Origin: Amphiscolops sp. MND2022 | Taxonomy: Eukaryota | Direction: 5' to 3' | Assembly (NCBI GenBank): GCA_964187785.1 | Contig: OZ076409.1 | Coordinates: forward strand, 52,020,001 to 52,084,000 | Length of the DNA stretch: 64,000 nucleotides | In this document: piece after piece, positions 59,308 to 64,000 of the stretch | Layout of the letters: each line of letters begins with the position of its first letter | How positions within the stretch are numbered: position 1 is the stretch's first letter | The notes under the pieces: model-generated | Told to the model about the DNA's origin: nothing | The model's input: the letters and a program-made list of their open reading frames with translations, nothing else | Database searches by the model: none | Made by a program: the position numbers and the translations under genes

Positions 59308-60545
59308 TCAATTGAAATAATCAGTTATGGAAGTTTGAACTTTATTCTTCATTATTGATATAAATATAGCAACACCAATTTTCTCGGATTGTTGAGCTAA
59401 ATCTCCGAGTCCCAATGAGCGCAGCTTCCGAGCAAGTTTTTCGGTATATTCAAAAGCTTCAAGATCGGAAAGTCCCAATTCTTGAATTTCTCCTTCATTC
59501 TCTTCACAATTCTGCTCATCTTCAAGACTGATTTCAGTGTCTTCTGACTGTAAATCTTTCGGGTCAACGGTTTCCGAAGTTGCAAGAATGTCATCGTTAA
59601 ACTGCGGAATTTCATTGTCTTCAAACACTTCATCTTCATTTTCGTCGGTGACAACTTCAATTTCAACCGGTTTGACCAACCCAGCTTTTCGGAAAAAAAA
59701 TTTGATTGATTGCTCTTTCATTTTGTTGGTCCAGACGTTTTTGATCAGAAACAATGAGTCGAAAAGAGTCAATTTGGGCATTTGAGGGTTCATGTTGAGA
59801 GGCTGAAAGTTTTTTTTCATTGAATTTCGCTCTTATAATGAAGCTTAGAAGCTGTAATGACACCCATATCTAGAGGCTGGCAACGTGGCGTAACTTTGGA
59901 GGAAAGAACTGCAAAGTCACGTTCTTCAGCTCTATCTTTGGGTGAGCAGAACAATTATCCAAGAAGAGCAAATTCATGCGTTTCTGGATCCCCATAGCAC
60001 GGTCAAATTTGTTAAGAGTCTCCGCAAATGTTTCGGCAGTCATCCATGCTTTCTTGGTGTTATAATACTGAAGCAGTAATCTTGTGTGGCGAAAACCCCT
60101 TGGGTTTTTGAATTGACCAATAACAATAGGAGGTAGCTTTTCACCCGTCATTGAACATCCTAACAAGCGTTATGCGTAGCACCTCGAGCATCTCGGTTTT
60201 TTGCTTCTTCTTCTGTCACAAGTGACGCATGCATTTTCCGTTTGCAGAAAACACAATGCGGATTCATCCCATTTGTAGATGTCTTTTTGATCTAAGCTCT
60301 TTATGTAACTGTGGATGATCTACTTGTCGAAGTTTTGTTCGGTTAGAAGGCATACTGGATTGAAACGCGTTCGAAGTTTCTTCTGTTTTGGTAAGAATTG
60401 TGTTTAATGATGAAATTTTAGGCAGTTGAAACCACGAAATAATTGGTGCTTTAGCGCCCTTTTGTGTTGAAACTTCTTCATAAGGTTTTATGATGGTAAA
60501 ATTTTGTTCAGTGGTACGTTTTGTACGCTGAGCAGGCATTTTGGA
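59308..60545 (-). mobile_element. Decayed pogo/Tigger (DDE_1) transposase
   Basis: TGEKLPPIVIG..KNPRGF..KKAWMT..LLFLDNCSAHP..FFPP, an acidic tail ending QTSITDYF, and HTH remnants at 60264-60545. Frameshifted and internally deleted. Confidence 0.85.
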
Positions 60546-60586
60546 ATGAATTGGTGATTTATGCAGGGAATTCCCAAACAGCAGAA

Positions 60587-62712
60587 GTTCCATAGAGCAG
60601 AAAATGAAAATTCGGTCCTATACAGCAGAAACCTTTTCGACAGCCAATCAAATTTGAGGAAAATATTTTCAACAGTCGATCAAATTTGAGAAAATAAAGT
60701 AACGTCATTTGTCGGGAACCAATCACAAATCGATGAAAAAACCGAACTGAAGAAAAATTAAATTATTTCAAAAATCACATAACCAATTTTGGTCATGCCA
60801 AGAAAGTTGTCGCGTTCTAGTAATGGAAAATATTGATCCCACGAAAAGTTTTACAATTATTGATGCTAGAAATGCCGGAAAAAATACCTTGTTTTCGACG
60901 GAAATCCGTTTTCCGTCAATAAAAAAACTACAAGTACCTGGTATATGGTGTGCGCTTCAAGATGCGGAACAAAAATGAGTGTTTCTTCAAATTATGGAGA
61001 AAATAAAAAAATTCCCGGCACCCATACACCCACATCCACCAAAAAATCCGGAAGAAGGCCGAAACTTTTTTGACAAACTTAAAAAAGCCGTCCGAAAATA
61101 TCCAATGAAAACGGTCTATGAAGATATATGCGCAAAAAATTCGTCGAAAATACCGCCCCCTTTGCTTCTATGAAAAGTAGCCTTTATCGAACTCGATCGG
61201 AAAAACTTCCGAAAATTCTAAAAGATGCAAAAAAATTTTCGAATTTCCGGAAAGTGGAAATATCCACTGGAGAAGAAAAAATTCTTGGCGAAGCAGCATG
61301 ACAAAAAGGTATAGAACCTCCGAAAAAATTTTGAATGTTTCCGAACTTTTCTTTGTTTTTCACTTTTTTTGTTTTTCAAAATTTCCCGAATTTTTCGGAG
61401 CTTCTTAACAGGCCGGTGTCGCAGCGTTCGCAACAGAGAAAATGCTTAAAACTCTTGGTGAATGCTCAGCAATTATGATCGACGGGACTTTCAAATCTTG
61501 CCCAAGACCTTTTCAGTAAATTTTAACCATTCATGGCTTGAAAATTAACCGGAAAGTTTCGCTGGCCTGGGCATACGTTGAAGGGAAACAAATTCCCACT
61601 ACAGAAAAGTTTTCCGCATCATAAAACAAAAAATCGAAGAATTATCCTACGAAAAGCCTAAATGGCAACCGGCCGAAATCGTTTCCGATTATGAAAGGGC
61701 AACATTTTTGGCCGTTGAAAGTGAATTTCCACAATGTGCCCATGTGGGGTGCTATCTCTACTTGACGCAAGCCATTTATCGGAATATCGGAAAATTAGGG
61801 CTAACAAACGCCTACAAAGAAGACGGAAACTTTCGAAAATTTGCCAGATTGATCATGTCAACTCCATTTTTGCCCGTATCTAAATTACAAGAATTGATTT
61901 TGTATTTATGCTACCTGCAATTCGTCAAAGACGCCTTCCGGGATCACCCTCAAATGGCAGACTTTTAAAAATATTTCCATTCGACATGGATTCTAACTTT
62001 GGAACCGAAAATATGGAACTGCTTCAAACGTCAAAACTGCCTTCGTACCACAAACTCTTGTGGAAGTTGGCATGCTCAATGGAATCAAAAGCTTTCGAGA
62101 TCACGCCCAAGTTTCTGGACTTCCTTGAGAATGCTGAAAAAAGAGGAAGTTCAAGTCAAAAATGCCATTTGTCAAGTCGAAATGGGCTATCTTCCACCAT
62201 TACAAAAGAAAAATGGCGTATTTTCGATGCTCAATTGGGCGATCTTAAAAGTTCTTTCATGGCCGGAGAACTAACCGTTTTTGAATTTTGGGAGGGTGTT
62301 TCCCATTGTTCCGGCCCGATTAATAACTAAAAACTGCATTACTAACTGTTCGGAGTTAATTGAGGCTGTATTTCATAATTTGTAATTACTGCTACTGTTC
62401 GGAATTAATTTCGAAGGTAATTTGTAATCTGTAATTTCTTCTGATGGTTAGAATTAATTGCAGTTGTAATTACTAATTGTTTCTTCTGTTCGCAATTAGT
62501 TCTATTCTCTATTTTCAATTCTCTACTCCTTAATTGCGAACAGAAGAAATAATTGCTAATTACAGCAAATTTCATTCTGGCTTCTTTCTGGTAAATTATT
62601 CTTTTGAATTCTGCTGTATTGTTTTCAATTTTGACCGCAAAATAATCTAATTTGATTAGTTAATTTTTCGGCTGTATGGGACCGAATTTTCATTTCCTGC
62701 TGTATGAACAGG
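60587..62712 (+). mobile_element. Decayed Mutator-like (MULE) DNA transposon with terminal inverted repeats
   Basis: IMIDGTFKSCP, SDYERA, GCYLYLTQAIYR and RTTNSCGSWH fragments. Imperfect TIRs of about 45 bp (aaatgaaaattcggtccc / gggaccgaattttcattt) at 60587-60631 and 62665-62710. Confidence 0.85.
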
Positions 62713-62918
62713 CCCCATTTGTGCGTGTTAAAAGACGCTACATACAATAACACGTGGTTAATAAACTGTTAGTATGCGTGGAAACGATGTGGAGCCCAGC
62801 GCATTCGGTCTTTTCGTTACTTAACAAATGGAGCCGGAGCAAAGAATGTTTATGATTGGTCGCGAGACAAATTGCGTAATAGCCGAGTTTGTTTGCATGG
62901 CGTTCTAGCGAGTCTAGC

Positions 62919-63115
62919 TCAATTGGACGACCGCTCAACTAACCAATTGATCAATTGGAAGACTATCAGCTGTTTCTAAAATATTATTGGTTGATTGATC
63001 TTCGCTGACAGACTCCGATTACGTAATCATTACAAATTGTGAGCGGAACTGAAAATGGAATGCGTGCAAAATAGATCAATTGCACAGTCGTCTAACTGAG
63101 CGGTCGTCCAATTGA
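62919..63115. mobile_element. MITE-like element, about 200 bp
   Basis: Perfect 19-bp inverted repeat tcaattggacgaccgctca / tgagcggtcgtccaattga. Confidence 0.6.
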
Positions 63116-64000
63116 ACGGTTCCCCATTCTAGCATTTCGGCCAAACAATTACGTCACGCTATACTGAATGTTGCCTAAAAGCGCCAGTGCGTTTTAAGCG
63201 TTATTTTCTAGCTTTAAACTGTCAATTCTGTACGCGGGGGCTTAAAATATGTGCGTTATTCCGAAGGTTACACTATAGTGCACGTGTGCGATACTGAAGT
63301 TATACTGTACAGACTTTTGATTTGTGATGTTATTTCACATGTAAACATCGAGGAGCTCAAACGTTCTGAGTGCAATTAGTCAATGATGAAAATTATAATT
63401 AGTCAATAATACCATTTGTTGATACCGTGAACAATGTAAAAACAAATAATGACTTGTTTTCTGCTCTTAATTTAGTCTCTGTTCATATCCATTATAGTGC
63501 TGAGACGATTATATTGCTAGATAAAAAGCTGAGACGATTTCGTTTCTATCATATTTTGGAATGTTTACAATTTTTGAGAAATCGCAAACTTCTAAACTAC
63601 CAAATTCGAAATTCCAAATTGTTACAAAACAAAGATTTAATTATTTCATCACAAAACTGTATACACTCCTGTCAGTTCATCATAAAGTGTACAACTAATA
63701 ACTGTACCAATTCACACCGTGTTTTTGAATCTCTGGCTATAAGCTTTGTTACGAAAGAATACATCTAAGCGTACATAACGTTTCGCAGTTGTACTTGAAT
63801 GCAGGCGAAGCTCTCGGTGGACGAATCATTAACACTCCTTCGCTTGATCTCTATAAAGCGCTGCCTTGCTGCCGCGAGAACTAAATATTTCAGCTAAAGA
63901 ATAGTGCGAGTTATTTGGGGGGTCGACAAATAGGTCTTTAAAAGATCAAATTTACGGCTTCTATATAAACTCTCAGCTTACGCAGAAAAACTAATAATTA

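Overview
AT-rich, repeat-dense eukaryotic DNA, probably animal (it contains a BEL/Pao element), with a 200-N gap at 49128-49327. A minus-strand host gene for a BT1-like folate/biopterin MFS transporter spans about 56611 to 18527. Its 26-kb intron holds a young, intact 15.7-kb Ty3/Gypsy LTR retrotransposon at 21510-37201 (minus strand, 1631-bp LTRs, CTTTC target-site duplication) with an unusual layout. Gag starts inside the 5' LTR, pol is reached by a -1 frameshift, and a 279-aa non-env ORF runs through the PPT into the 3' LTR. The 6 kb between pol and the 3' LTR carry an antisense, intron-containing gene of about 1183 aa that resembles a catalytically dead hAT transposase with a zinc finger. 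The same intron holds a 4.2-kb non-autonomous LTR element with the same primer-binding site. The rest is a sorting-nexin C-terminal exon, decayed BEL/Pao, Copia, Gypsy, pogo and MULE elements, a Helentron-like (HINE) dispersed repeat family and several foldback palindromes. All family assignments are by-eye motif recognition; no searches were run.
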